From assembly GCF_046119375.1 (NCBI RefSeq), contig NW_027362767.1, positions 260,648,001-260,712,000 on the forward strand: DNA of 64,000 nucleotides, read 5' to 3'. The notes beneath the pieces are model-generated. The model had not been told where the DNA came from, ran no database searches, and saw only the letters and a list, made by a program, of their open reading frames with translations. This document shows, piece by piece, positions 1 to 12,227 of the stretch. Origin of the DNA: Phyllobates terribilis (taxonomy: Eukaryota). Position numbers and translations under genes: made by a program. Position 1 is the first letter of the stretch; each line of letters begins with the position of its first letter.

Positions 1-1203
1 CATAGGCAGAGTCTGTAGTATAATGATCCCCCCCCCATAGGCAGAGTCTGTAGTATATTGATCCCCCCCCATAGGCAGAGTCTGTAGTATAATGATCCCC
101 TCCATAGGCAGAGTCTGTAGTATAATGATCCCCCCCCCATAGGCAGAGTCTGTAGTATAATGATTCCCACTCATAGGCAGAGTCTGTAGTATAATGATCC
201 CCCCCCATAGGCAGAGTCTGTAGTATAATGATCCCCCCCCATAGGCAGAGTCTGTAGTATAATGATCCCCCCCATAGGCAGAGTCTGTAGTATAATGATC
301 CCCCACCATAGGCAGAGTCTGTAGTATAATGATCCCCCCCGATAGGCAGAGCCTGTAGTATAATGATCCCCCCCGATAGGCAGAGCCTGTAGTATAATGA
401 TCCCCCCCGATAGGCAGAGTCTGTAGTATAATGATCCCCCCCCCCATAGGCAGAGTCTGTAGTATAATGATCCCCCCCCCATAGGCAGAGTCTGTAGTAT
501 AATGATCCCCCCCCCATAGGCAGAGTCTGTAGTATAATGATCCCCCCCCCATAGGCAGAGTCTGTAGTATAATGATCCCCCCATAGGCAGAGTCTGCAGT
601 ATAGTGCTCCCCCCATAGGCAGAGTCTGTAGTATAGTGCTCCCCTCCCAATAGGCAGAGGCTGTAGTATAATGCCCCCCCTCCATAGGCAGAGTCTGTAG
701 TATAATGCCCCCCCATAGGCAGAGTCTGTAGTATAATGGCCCCCATAGGCAGAGTCTGTAGCATAATGCCCCCCCCCCCTCCATAGGCAGAGTCTGTAGC
801 ATAATGCCCCCCACCCCTCCATAGGCAGAGTCTGTAGTATAATGCCCCCCCCCCTCCATAGGCAGAGTCTGTAGTATAATGCCCCACCCCCCCTCCATAG
901 GCAGAGTCTGTAGTATAATGCCCCACCCCCCCTCCATAGGCAGAGTCTGTAGTACAATGCCCCCCCCCCTCCATAGGCAGAGTCTGTAGTATAATGCCCC
1001 ACCCCCCCTCCATAGGCAGAGTCTGTAGTATAATGCCCCCCCCCTCCATAGGCAGAGTCTGTAGTACAATGCCCCCCCCCCCCTCCATAGGCAGAGTCTG
1101 TAGTATAATGCCCCACCCCCCCTCCATAGGCAGAGTCTGTAGTACAATGCCCCCCCCCCCCTCCATAGGCAGAGTCTGTAGTATAATGCTCCCTCCCCCC
1201 CAT
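1..1203. repeat. Minisatellite, ~31-36 bp unit CATAGGCAGAGTCTGTAGTATAATG(AT)C(n), with variable poly-C
   Basis: Direct tandem copies visible from base 1. The GATCCCC variant dominates to ~590 and the GCCCC..TCC variant after ~660. Confidence 0.95.
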
Positions 1204-1489
1204 AGGCAAAACATAAATAAACACAATACTCACCTCTCCTCATCGTTCCCTCGCTGCTCCAAGCGCCCGCACATCTTCAGAACAGTGGGCCGGGCGCTAA
1301 GTGATGACGTCAGTAGCAGAGGGGAACTAATGGGAGAGGGAGCGTCGTGCTCCCTCTCGCATCAGTTAACTTGCGGTGACGTGCGGAGGGCCCGATGCTG
1401 CGAACGCCAATACAGGTGTATAAGGGAAAATTTCAGCCTACCATGCATATGCCTTAAGGGTCCACTGGTGCACGTAAATCCTTGGTAGC

Positions 1490-1677
1490 AAATCCAGGGA
1501 TGAGAAGCAGTAAGAAGTAGATTAGAAAAACTCCAGCACCTTCTCCGTATCCATCACAAGAGATGTAAAGTTAAAAGTCCATTTTATTATTTCCATTAAA
1601 AAAGCGCCATATGTAAGGCAGACCTTACGCGTTTCAAACCAAACAGGGGTTCTTAATCATAGGTTACATTGCTATAG
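1490..1677 (-). mobile_element. 3' end / pLTR remnant of a Penelope-like element
   Basis: The minus strand reads hammerhead motif, then AATAAAA (1581-1587), then GTGCTGGAGTTTTTC tail. This is the same order as the other PLE 3' ends in the window. Family assignment is inference. Confidence 0.6.
1624..1665 (-). ncRNA. Type I hammerhead ribozyme, A3-U8 covariant core
   Basis: Minus strand: ACCU AUGAUUA A GAACC-ccuguuu-GGUUU GAA ACGCGU A AGGU. This gives stem I ACCU/AGGU, 5-bp stem II, palindromic stem III and a GUA cleavage triplet. Confidence 0.7.
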
Positions 1678-1681
1678 TTAA

Positions 1682-4600
1682 CCACTTCGCACCAGAGCCT
1701 GTTTTTGCCTTCGTGACCGGGCCAATTTTTTCAATTCTGACCACTGTCACTTTATGAGGTAATTACTCTGGAACGCTTCAACGGATCCCCCTGATTCTGA
1801 GACTGTTTTTTCGTGACATATTGTACTTCATGATTGTGGTAACATTTCTTCGATATCACTTGCGTTTATTTGTGAAAAAAAAAAAAATCGGAAAATTTTG
1901 AAAATTTTGCAATTTTCAAACTTTGAATTTTCATGCCCTTAAATCAGAGAGATATGTCACACAAAATAGTTAATAAATAACATTTCCCTCATGTCTACTT
2001 TACATCAGCACAATTTTGGAACCAAAATTTTTTTTTGTTAGGGAGCTATAAGGGTTAAAAGTTGACCGGCGATTTCTCATTTTTCCAACAAAATTTACAA
2101 AAACATTTTTTTAGGGACCACATCATATTTGAAGTCACTTTGAGGGGTCTTTATGACAGAAAATACCCAAAAGTGACACCATTCCAAAAACGGCACCCCT
2201 CAAGGTGCTCAAAACCACATTCAAGAACTTTATTAACCCTTCAGGTGCTTCACAGGAATTTTTGGAATGAGGAAGAAAAAAATTAACATTTAACTTTTTT
2301 CACAAAAATTTTATTTTAGACCCAATTTTTTTATTTTCGCAGGGGTAATAGGAAAAAATGGACCCCAAATTTTTTTGTGTAATTTCTCTTGAGCGCGCTG
2401 ATACCCTATATGTGAGGGAAAACCACTGTTTGGGCGCACTGCAGGGTTCGGAAGGGAAGGAGCGCCATTAGACTTTTTGAATGTAAAATTTGCTTGAATA
2501 ATTAGCAGACGCCATGTTGCATTTGGGGAGCCCCTGATGTGCCTAAACAGTGGAAACCCCCCACAAGTGACACCATTTTGGAAACTAGACCCCTTAGGGA
2601 ACTTATCTAGATGTGTGGTGAGCACCTTGAACCCCAAGGTGCTTCACAGAAGTTTATAATATTGAGCTTGAAAAATAAAATTTTCACATTTTTCCCACAA
2701 AAACGTTTTTCATCCCTTAATTTTGCATTATCATAAGGGTAATAGGATAAATTGCACCATGAAATTTGTTGTGCAATTTCTTCTGAACACGCTGATACCC
2801 CATATGTGGAGGCAAACCACTGTTTGGGCGCACTGCAGGGTTTGAAAGGGAAGGAGCGCCATTTGACTTTTTGAATGTAAAATTTGTTTGAATAATTAGC
2901 GGACGCCATGTTGCATTTAGGGAGCCCCTGATGTGCCTAAACAGTGGAAACCCCCCCACAAGTGACACCATTTTGGAAACTAGACCCCTTAGGGAACTTA
3001 TCTAGATGTGTGGTGAGCACCTTGCACCCCCAGCTGCTTCATAGAAGTTTATAATATTGAGCCGTAAAAATAAAATTTTCACATTTTTCCCACAAAAAAT
3101 GTTTTTCATTCCCTAATTTTGCATTATCATAAGGATAACAGGATAAATTGCACCATGAAATTTGTTGTGCAATTTCTCCTGAGTACGCCAATACCCCATA
3201 TGTGGGGGAAAACCACTGCTTTGGTGTACGGCAGGGTTCGGAAGAGAAAGGAGCGCTATGTTGGCTGGGATAGGTTGCAGACACCATGTCACATTTGAAG
3301 AGTCGCTGACATGCCAAAACAGCAGAAACCCCCACAAGTGACCCCATTTTGTAAACTACACCTCTCAAGGAATTCATCTAGGGAAGTAGTGAGTATTTTT
3401 TAATTTTTAAATTTATACCATTGGGCAGTGAAAAAAGCATAATTATATTTTTACCACAAAAAAATGTTTCACCCTCAGATTTTACATTTTCACACAGGGC
3501 AATGGGTAAAAATGGTGCCGAAATGTGTCACGCAATTTCTTCTAAAAGTGTCAATACCCCATATGTGGCTGTATCGTACCGCTCAGCCATACGCCGAGAT
3601 CTGGGGGGGGACGGAGTGCTATTTGACAATTGGAGAACAAATTATTGTAGAATAGGTATTTGGATTTGGGAGCACAAAATTTTCTGAATTTATTTTGGGG
3701 GGCAAGGGCCATTTCGCTTTTCCAGAGCCTTTCTGCTACCAGTAACTTGGAAGTCCCTTATATTTTTAACAGATGACGGACCTGAGTGGGTACTAGCTTT
3801 TTTTGAGGACTGAGTTGAAGCTTTTATTGGGAACATTTTACGTAACATTTATCCGGCGCTCTAGGCTGAGCACTTACATCGGGGTTTCCATCTAAATTTC
3901 CAAGTGATGTAATTCAGATGAAACCCCTGCGGGATCCATTCACTGTAATGAGACAGCAGAGTTACTCTGGACTCCGTCTGGCCTCTGTTTAGTGGTGTCC
4001 TTTTTTTCAGAAGTGCACAAAACTGTGGCCAACCGCACTTTTATGCACGCCTAAAACAAATGACACCGTGGGATCACAGGCCAGACGGCATCCACAGAGG
4101 CCTATATCTGCCTCATTACAGGGAATCTTCCGTCATGGGTTCCGTCTGAATCACGTATTTCAGAGATTTACACAGAAACTCTGGTGTAAGTGCTCAGCGC
4201 AGAGCGCAGGATAAATGTGAGCAGAGCCTTACTGCGATCTTTGGGAGACATAATAAACAAATCAGTAGCAGGTGAAGAATTGGTTTTATTTATTTTTTAC
4301 GCCGTTCCTCGTGCGGTATAAGTGATGAGATTACTTTATTCTTCGGGTCAGTGCGATTACAGAGATACCAGATTTATATCAGGTTTTTATGACTGACAGC
4401 TGTCACACACTAAGAGACGCTTTTTTTTGCAAAATCTAGTTTTTGCATCGCCATATTTTGAGAGCTATAATTTTTCCATATTTCGGCCGACAGAGTCATG
4501 TGACGGCTTGTTTTTTGCGGGACGAGTTGACATTTTTATTGGTACCATTTTTGGGTACGTGACATTTTTTGATCGCTTTCTATTCCGTTTTTTGGGAGGT

Positions 4601-5630
4601 AAAATTAACAAAAAACAACAATTCAGGAATTGTTTTATGAGGTGTTTTTTTATGCCGTTCTGCGTGTGGTAAAAGTGATCAGGCAGCGATATTCTTCGGG
4701 TCAGTACGTTTACAGGGATACTACACTTACTGTATTTTTTTTTATGTTTTGGCGCTTTTACATAATAAAACAATTTTATAGAAAAAATATTTTTTTTGCA
4801 TTGCTTTATTCTGAGCGCTATAACTTTTTTATTTTTCGGCTGATGGAGCTGTATGGCGGCCTTTTTTTGCGGAACAAGATGACGTTTTCAGCGGTACCAT
4901 TTTTATTTCCATTTTGCTTTTTGATCGCATTTTTGGCGATATGATGAAAAAGCATTTTTTTTGCTCCATTTTTTATTTATTTTTATTACGGTGTGCACAG
5001 AAGGAGTTAATTAGTGTGACAGTTTTATAGATCGGGTTGTTTTGGACGCGGCGATACCAAATATGTGTACTTTTTTTGGTTTTGCATAAATATACGGATT
5101 TATTGGTTTAATATTTTATTTATTTATTTTGTGATTTTTTTTTAACAGTTTAAAAACATTTTTTTTTACTTTTTTTTTTACATTTTTACTTAGTCCCTGT
5201 ATGGGACATTAATTTTTATTTTTCTGATCACTGATCTCATGTAATGTAATAGACATGTATTACATTACATGAGATCTTTGCTGACTGTTTCACAGTCAGT
5301 GTGTCCTGCCAGGCTTCAGCTGCAGGCTGAGCCTGGCAGGACACCATATATGGCAGATCTGGAGGCAGTCATGTGACCTCCAGCTGCCATAGCAACGCCA
5401 GGTCCTGGAAGGTATCAGGGGTCGTCGGAGAGGTAAGACGACCCCCTCTCCTCTGTCTATCTTCTATATGCCGCGATCACTATAGATCGCGGCATATAGA
5501 ACATAGCAAAGGGTTAACATCATTGGGACCTGATCCAATCAGGTCCCGATGATGTCCCCTGTCAGAGCTAATGCTCTGCACCGGAATCGCAGCGCTTGCA
5601 GGACCTTGGGGGTCCTGAGCGCTGCGGGAC
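1682..5630. mobile_element. Non-autonomous TTAA-type (piggyBac-like) DNA element with internal ~420-bp tandem duplications
   Basis: Begins TTAA|CCACTT at 1678-1687. AT-rich non-coding body with repeated blocks at ~2300-3420. No transposase ORF. The right end is not resolved. Confidence 0.55.
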
Positions 5631-6097
5631 CCATAGGCGGATTATAATGAGGGCAATCCGGGCGACCGCCCGGGGCCCCGAGCCTGCAGAGGGGCCGCGG
5701 CTCCGGGCGGGGTGTCTAATACCGGATTGCCCTCATTATATGTGCGGGCCGCCGCGGCACATACCGGTAGCAGTGGCGGGAGGGGGGGCCCCGGACCACT
5801 CCCCCAGCAGCGGCCGCCGCTACTTCTTCATCGGCCGGGCCAGCACTGCAGCAGTTAACTTCCCTGTGCTGGCCCGGCCGCGTCACTGCTAGGAGACACG
5901 GCCCTGTGCCCGGCCGTGTCTCCTAGCTGCGACGTCACGCAGTGCGCGCCCGGCCTGTACTGCTACTTACCACCGGAGAGGAGAGAGAGCAGGCAGGAGG
6001 AATGGAGCCGGGGGATGGTGAGTGTGTGTGTGTGGGCAGATGTGTGTGTGTGTGGGCGGGCAGATGTGTGTGTGGGCAGATGTGTGTGTCTGTGTGG

Positions 6098-6605
6098 NNN
6101 NNNNNNNNNNNNNNNNNNNNNNNNNNNNNNNNNNNNNNNNNNNNNNNNNNNNNNNNNNNNNNNNNNNNNNNNNNNNNNNNNNNNNNNNNNNNNNNNNNNN
6201 NNNNNNNNNNNNNNNNNNNNNNNNNNNNNNNNNNNNNNNNNNNNNNNNNNNNNNNNNNNNNNNNNNNNNNNNNNNNNNNNNNNNNNNNNNNNNNNNNNNN
6301 NNNNNNNNNNNNNNNNNNNNNNNNNNNNNNNNNNNNNNNNNNNNNNNNNNNNNNNNNNNNNNNNNNNNNNNNNGGGGGGGCAGGTGTGTGTGNNNNNNNN
6401 NNNNNNNNNNNNNNNNNNNNNNNNNNNNNNNNNNNNNNNNNNNNNNNNNNNNNNNNNNNNNNNNNNNNNNNNNNNNNNNNNNNNNNNNNNNNNNNNNNNN
6501 NNNNNNNNNNNNNNNNNNNNNNNNNNNNNNNNNNNNNNNNNNNNNNNNNNNNNNNNNNNNNNNNNNNNNNNNNNNNNNNNNNNNNNNNNNNNNNNNNNNN
6601 NNNNN
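6098..6605. other. Undetermined (N) runs within a GT-rich simple repeat
   Basis: Two N runs separated by ~20 called bases. Confidence 0.95.
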
Positions 6606-6818
6606 CCCTGTTGAACACTACACCTGACTTGAGGCCACCACCTCTTGGTTGTCCAATGTTCTTGCTTCTCTAGGGCTCTTCTCAGATATTCATTATACCA
6701 GCTCCCCAGAATACCAAAGCTAGGGTGGGTGACCGCGAGCCCTGGTGGTGGTCATAACTGCGGCCACCCAGGGGCAATACTCCATAACAGCAATACCCTG
6801 AGGTGGTGTAGGATGTAA

Positions 6819-7085
6819 GGACCTATTCACACTACATCCAGCGCTGCATTCAGGTCTTTACACAAGGCTTACAACTGAATCCCTGAAATTCAGGATTGTG
6901 CTGTCTGAAATTAGACATCTGAAAGCAGAGCAAATGGAGCCTGAAGATTCAGACTTTAGCCTCGGTTTGCCTTTGTTCAAATCAATGGCTATGTCAAGGC
7001 ACATCTGAATGCCATTTTCAGGGATTTAGATAGAAGCCTGGAAAGAGGAGATGAATGCATTGCAAAATTCAGTGTGAATAGGCCC
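6819..7085. mobile_element. PIF/Harbinger-type MITE
   Basis: TIRs GGACCTATTCACAC / GTGTGAATAGGCCC, flanked by TAA and TTA. Confidence 0.65.
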
Positions 7086-7149
7086 TTATATCTGGAGTCT
7101 TGATATTGATGCCACATGCATTTTACTTGTTTTTAACTTAAAAAAAAAT

Positions 7150-7550
7150 ACAGACACACACACACACACACTATACATACACACACACAGATGTGTGTGT
7201 GTGTGATGTCTGTCTGTGTATGTGTGTGTGTTTGTGTGTGTGTGGGGGCAGATGTCATTGTGTGATGTCTGTTTGTATGTATTTTTGTGTTTCAAATGTG
7301 TTTATGCGTGTCTGTATATGTTTGTGTGTGTGCATGACTGCATGCGGCCTCCTGCTGTGTATAGATGGCGTCGTGCGGCCTCCTGATGTCTCTGGGGGGG
7401 GCGCCGTGCGGCCCCCCCGCTGTGTATAGATGGTTACGTGCGCCCCCCGCTGTGTATAGATGTCGCCGTGCGGCCTCCTGCTGTGTATAGATGGCTACGT
7501 GCGGCCTCCCGCTGAGTATAGATGGCGCTGTGCGGCCTCCTGCTGTCTCG
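7150..7550. repeat. CA/GT simple repeat followed by ~30-bp minisatellite (CTGCTGTGTATAGATGGCG..GCGGCCTC)
   Basis: Direct repeats visible. Confidence 0.75.
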
Positions 7551-7577
7551 CTTCTAACCTGCTGTCTTCATTTTCAG

Positions 7578-7649
7578 CTTGCTGAATTCTAACTCATTTA
7601 CTGTCATTCGAGACGATGCCTTTGCTGGTCTCTTTCACCTTGAATACCT
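7578..7649 (+). CDS. LGI2: Isolated 72-bp LRR-coding exon of an LGI-family gene, LGI2-like (LLNSNSFTVIRDDAFAGLFHLEYL)
   Basis: Acceptor TTCATTTTCAG and donor GTAAGT, with the 72-bp length typical of LRR exons. The translation is nearly identical to my recollection of vertebrate LGI2 (LNSNSFTIIRDDAFAGLFHLEYL). Confidence 0.8.
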
Positions 7650-8023
7650 GTAAGTGCTCCACTTAATGTCATATTTTTGATTCTGTTCTTCTTCATCTTT
7701 TGGCATGTGCAATTGTATGAGCATGTATTCATATGAATTTATGACCTACTTAAACCTTCGAGGACCTTAAATTTTATTCAATCAAATTTTTTTCCAGTTT
7801 AAAACTATGGGACATATATGTGCCTTGGTCCTCAAAGGGTTTTTAAAGGGGCTGCAAACATAAATACGAAAAAAATAATTCAATTAGTGCTTTTTGTGTT
7901 CATTTAATTTTTATTTGAAGTCCATTTTTTTATATACCTTGAAATTAAGCCCTACCCCATGGAATGAAGCCCTACATGGATCCCGCTTGTGAGGTGCCTA
8001 TCCGTCACTACTATTCAGTTTTA

Positions 8024-8423
8024 GGGTCCACTCACTAAGCCATATATTCTCTCATGCAAGAGAATAGGGCCAATTATGCTAATGACACTCGGCTCAAACT
8101 CTGTCAGAGCTTCAACTGAGTGTGATCCGATTCTCTCGCAGCACAGATATGGAGAAGATGGAGAACTTAATTTATCCATCTTCTCCATAGTCTCTGTGAG
8201 TGTTCATCGGACTGCACTTGGATGACATCCGAGTGCAGTCCAATGTTTTACGTACACCCATAGACTTGTATGGGTGCACATGGTCCGAATATCGAATGAG
8301 ATTATTTTCTCATGCCAATAATAGCAGATCTGCACTGTCCCATAGTATAACATAGGACCGAGTCCTATCCGATAAAACATCACATAGCATTCGGCCGTGT
8401 TATACGACAGTGTGAGCGAGCCC
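8024..8423. mobile_element. PIF/Harbinger-type MITE
   Basis: TTA|GGGTCCACTCAC ... GTGAGCGAGCCC|TTA (3-bp TSD). Confidence 0.7.
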
Positions 8424-9724
8424 TTAGAGTCAAGGAATATTTACATGCAGATGATGATATTACTCTCCCAGTGTATATTTTTTTAAGCGAGTTCATAGTA
8501 AATGCTTTGCCTTTTTGACATGTGATCAACTAAAGAACAAGAAAGATTTAGGACCTCCCCTATAGAGAAACGGAAAATAGTTTGGAGGACTTGCATGTCC
8601 TTTTTTATTTATTATGAGAAAATCATAAAAGATCCCGTTTTTTAACCATGCTGTGACTTTCTGCTGAGGGAGAGGGAGAGAGCTGCCCTATTCAGACTCT
8701 GTAATAAGACCTGCTGACAAAAGTGTTGAAGATACAGTCTAATGTGAATTAACAATGAAAAAAAGTTAATTTCACAAATGGCTTGTATTTTTTTTAATAC
8801 AAACTTTTTTGTGTTTACAGCTCCTTTAAAGGGAATCTGTCATCAAGTTTTTGCCACCTAATCTGAGAGCAGCATAATGTAGGGTTAGAGGCACTGATTC
8901 CAGTAATGTGTCACTTACTGGGCTGCTTAGTGTTGTTTTGATAAAATCATTGACTTGTCAGAAGGTAATTATCACTAGATGACTAGTAAGTTCTGTAGGA
9001 CCCCACCCCCATCACTGATCAGTAGATTTCTGTGTACACTGAGCATGGGCAGAAAGCTGCCAATCAGTGGTGTGGGTGGGGCTATACAGAGCGCAGCATT
9101 CAGAGAGCTGCTAGATCTGCAGCAGATAAAACGGTGATTTTCTCAAAATGACAACAAGCAGCTGAAAAAGTGACACATCGCTGGAATCAGGGTATCTGCC
9201 CCAATATTGTGCTGCTCTCAGATGAGGCAGCACAATTAATATTGTGCCAAATTAATTTCCCGTGAACTATCACATGATCTATCACAGGGGATCATGTGAC
9301 ATGTCACGTGATAAATCAGGTGTGTGTGGGGGGGGGGGGCCGCGCCTTCTAAACTGCCCGGGGCCCTTGCTACTCTTAATCCACCCCTGGCGGGGCCACC
9401 CACCGTTTTTAAACGTCGGCGCTGCACAGAGCCCAGCAAGCGCCGACGTTTATCTACAGTGGGCCGTCGCGAAGCGGTTAAAAGACATATATATACATAT
9501 GGACTGAAAACAAAAGAGAAAATAGGGTGGTGACAACAAAGAACAGGAAGTTCATTAGTGAATGAAAATCCTCCTGAGGATAATTGCTCACTAATATGCA
9601 TAAATTAAACTTATGTGCATGGTATGCTGGCAAATTAAGTACATCATTAGAAAAAAGTATCAAAAAATGTACATTAGATCATTGCGAAAATTGAGACCAT
9701 TGGGAATGCGAGAGTTAAGTTTAA

Positions 9725-10670
9725 GGCCATGTGCCCACGTAGCGTTTTTGTAGCGTTTTTACGGCTGCGAAAACGCTTGTAAAACAGTCTGCCATGCAAA
9801 GCAATGTGAATTTGGATGTGCTAATTTGCGCGCCGAATTCGCATTGCGTTGCAAAATGCAGCATGACCATTTCTACCGCGATTACGCTGCAAATTCGCGG
9901 CCATTGAGGAACATTGAAACGCAGCAAACCCGCAGGTATATGTGGATTTGCTGCGTTTCAATTAAATTCAATGGCCGCGAATTTGCAGCGTAATCGCGGT
10001 GCATGTGGTACCCGGGATGAAGAGGAGACTACAACTCCTCTTCATCCCGGCTACCACGCGGTGAAAAAAAGAAATAAAAAAGTTAAAAATAAACAAAACC
10101 TGCATATTCACCTCTCCGGCGGCCCCCGGTCTGCTCCCGCCCACGTCCTCTCTCCTTGGCGTCCCGCGGTGTACTGTCAGGATCTGCGGTGACGTCATTT
10201 AGTCACCTGATGGTCACGCGACCGCTGACGTCGGCACGTGACCATCAGCTGACTAAATGACGTCACTGCAGGTCCTGACAGTACACTGCGGGACGCCGAA
10301 GAGAGAGGATTGCAGGATCGCCGCCGGGAGGAGACCGGAGAGGTGAGTATACAAGTTTTTATTTTTTTATTTTTAACGTTTTAATTCTCTCACTATAGAT
10401 GCTGCATTTAAAGCATCAGTTGTTCACACATTGTAAATCCATGCCGGTTGCATGGATTTATATTGTGTGACCAACTTGTCAAGCACTTTTCCAAGTGATG
10501 CTCAAAATCGCTTGGAAAACTGCTTGAAAAAACGCATGCGAAAATGCATGTAAAAACACTGAAAAAACGCTTCTCTCTGGCAGAAACAACGCATATAAAT
10601 CTGCATGCGTTTTTTTCTGCCAGAGAGAGGCAAAAAGACTGCATCAAATCTGCTACGTGGGCACATAGCC
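9725..10670. mobile_element. PIF/Harbinger-type MITE
   Basis: TAA|GGCCATGTGCCCACGTAGC ... GCTACGTGGGCACATAGCC|TAA. Removing it restores the PLE reading frame. Confidence 0.85.
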
Positions 10671-11087
10671 TAAGAATCCATGAGGGTTCTCTGGCTAAGA
10701 GAAGCTTGCCTCTATCTCCTCCATGTATTTGTCTTTGCACCTTATCTATATCAATAACCTTAAGTGTGGGAAGATCACCACAGTGAAAATCAGCAAAATG
10801 TTTGCTGAGCCCTGACATGGAGGACTCACTGCATTAGGACTGGAATCGCTCCAGTAACATGCTCTGCGATGCGTCTTTTGAGCATGCGGCTAGTGCAACC
10901 CACATAAAAAATTTTCCAAGATGTGCACAGTGCTTCATAAATGACATATGTACTAGAGCAATTAATAAAGTGCTTGATATTATATATTTTGCCTGCACTG
11001 TCAGTAAATGTCTGGGTCTTAAACATAAATTTGCAAATATTACACTTGTTGCCTCCACATTTATAGGATCCATTAATATGAAGCCAT

Positions 11088-11398
11088 TATTGATGAGCGA
11101 GTATGTTCGGTTAACCCTTTCGCCGAGTATACTCGGCCGAGCACCGAGTATTTATAGAGTGCTCAGGCTTTAAGTTTTCGTCGCTCCGTGAACATGATTT
11201 GCAACTGTTTGACAGATTTATTACATGTGAGGAATGCTGCAAAAACAGGCATTCCTCACATGTATTAAATCTGTCAAACAGTTGCAAATCATGTTCACGG
11301 AGCAACGAAAACTTAAAGCCCGAGCACACTATAAATACTCGGTGCTCGGCCGAGTATGCTCGGCGAAAGGGTTAACAAAACATACTCGCTCATCACTA
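11088..11398. mobile_element. hAT-type fold-back MITE
   Basis: 8-bp TSD GAAGCCAT (11080-11087, 11399-11406). Ends TA(T)TGATGAGCG / CGCTCATCACTA. Near-palindromic over its whole length. Confidence 0.9.
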
Positions 11399-12227
11399 GA
11401 AGCCATGTATCTGACCTTGGACTTTTGGTGGACAAAAAACTTGGGAGATAATAAATTTCCTATATTGGGGGATTTTTAGCAACAAAATTAATTCCTTCCT
11501 TAAGGATGCTCTGAAGTTCTTTGTCCTGATGTAATATAGAAGCATATTTCCGAATTAAATCTGTAATAGCCTGATAGTCTGTACTATAAGCTGTGGAGAA
11601 AGTAACTTGCTGTTTATTTCTCTTACATACTGTGTTATTCTCCAGTAAAGATGTCTGTATTTTGTGATAGGCTATATTACGGGCTCTACAAATATGTGTA
11701 TTTGAATAACCTCTATGTTTAAACCTGCGCTCAGTATGTCACATTCATGACTATAGCTCTCATCCGTAGAGCATAGACGTCTGGCTCTAATGTGTTCACC
11801 TAATGGTAGGTTTTTAATAGTATGTGCTGGATGACAGCTGTTTGCCATCAATGTCGCATTGCCACTGGTTGGTTTTCTGTACAGACATGTGTGGATGCAG
11901 TTATTGCTGCTGTCTCCAGTTAAATATACATCCAAAAAGGCGGTCTCATTTTGACAGATGTTAATGGTAAATTATAAATTAAACGTATTGTCATTTAAAA
12001 ACTGTAGACACGTGGATAGCATATAAAGTGCCTCATCATCAGGGGTACGCCAGATCATGATGACATCATCAATGTATCTGGCGTACTACCTGATGTAAGG
12101 CAAAAAAGGATGGTCAAGAGTGTGAATATGAAATAATTCCCACCAAGCTACATATAAATTAACTAATGATGGGGAAAAAGACGCACCCATGGGGCAACTG
12201 CAGATTTGCAGAAAAAAATCTCCATTA

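Noticed and set aside
171-1226. 351-aa ORF and overlapping ORFs
   Set aside because: Translation of a minisatellite: periodic low-complexity peptide with no domain.
5511-5517. GGG|TTAA as right terminus of the 1682 element
   Set aside because: It matches the left end only weakly and element-like sequence continues beyond it. Probably an internal motif.
5580-6020. CpG-rich stretch with GATG|GTGAGT as LGI2 promoter / exon 1
   Set aside because: No signal peptide or LRR-NT cysteine pattern in any frame. It resembles the GC-rich end of a repeat element followed by simple repeats.
5916-6673. 200+ aa ORFs
   Set aside because: Artefacts of N runs and GT repeats.
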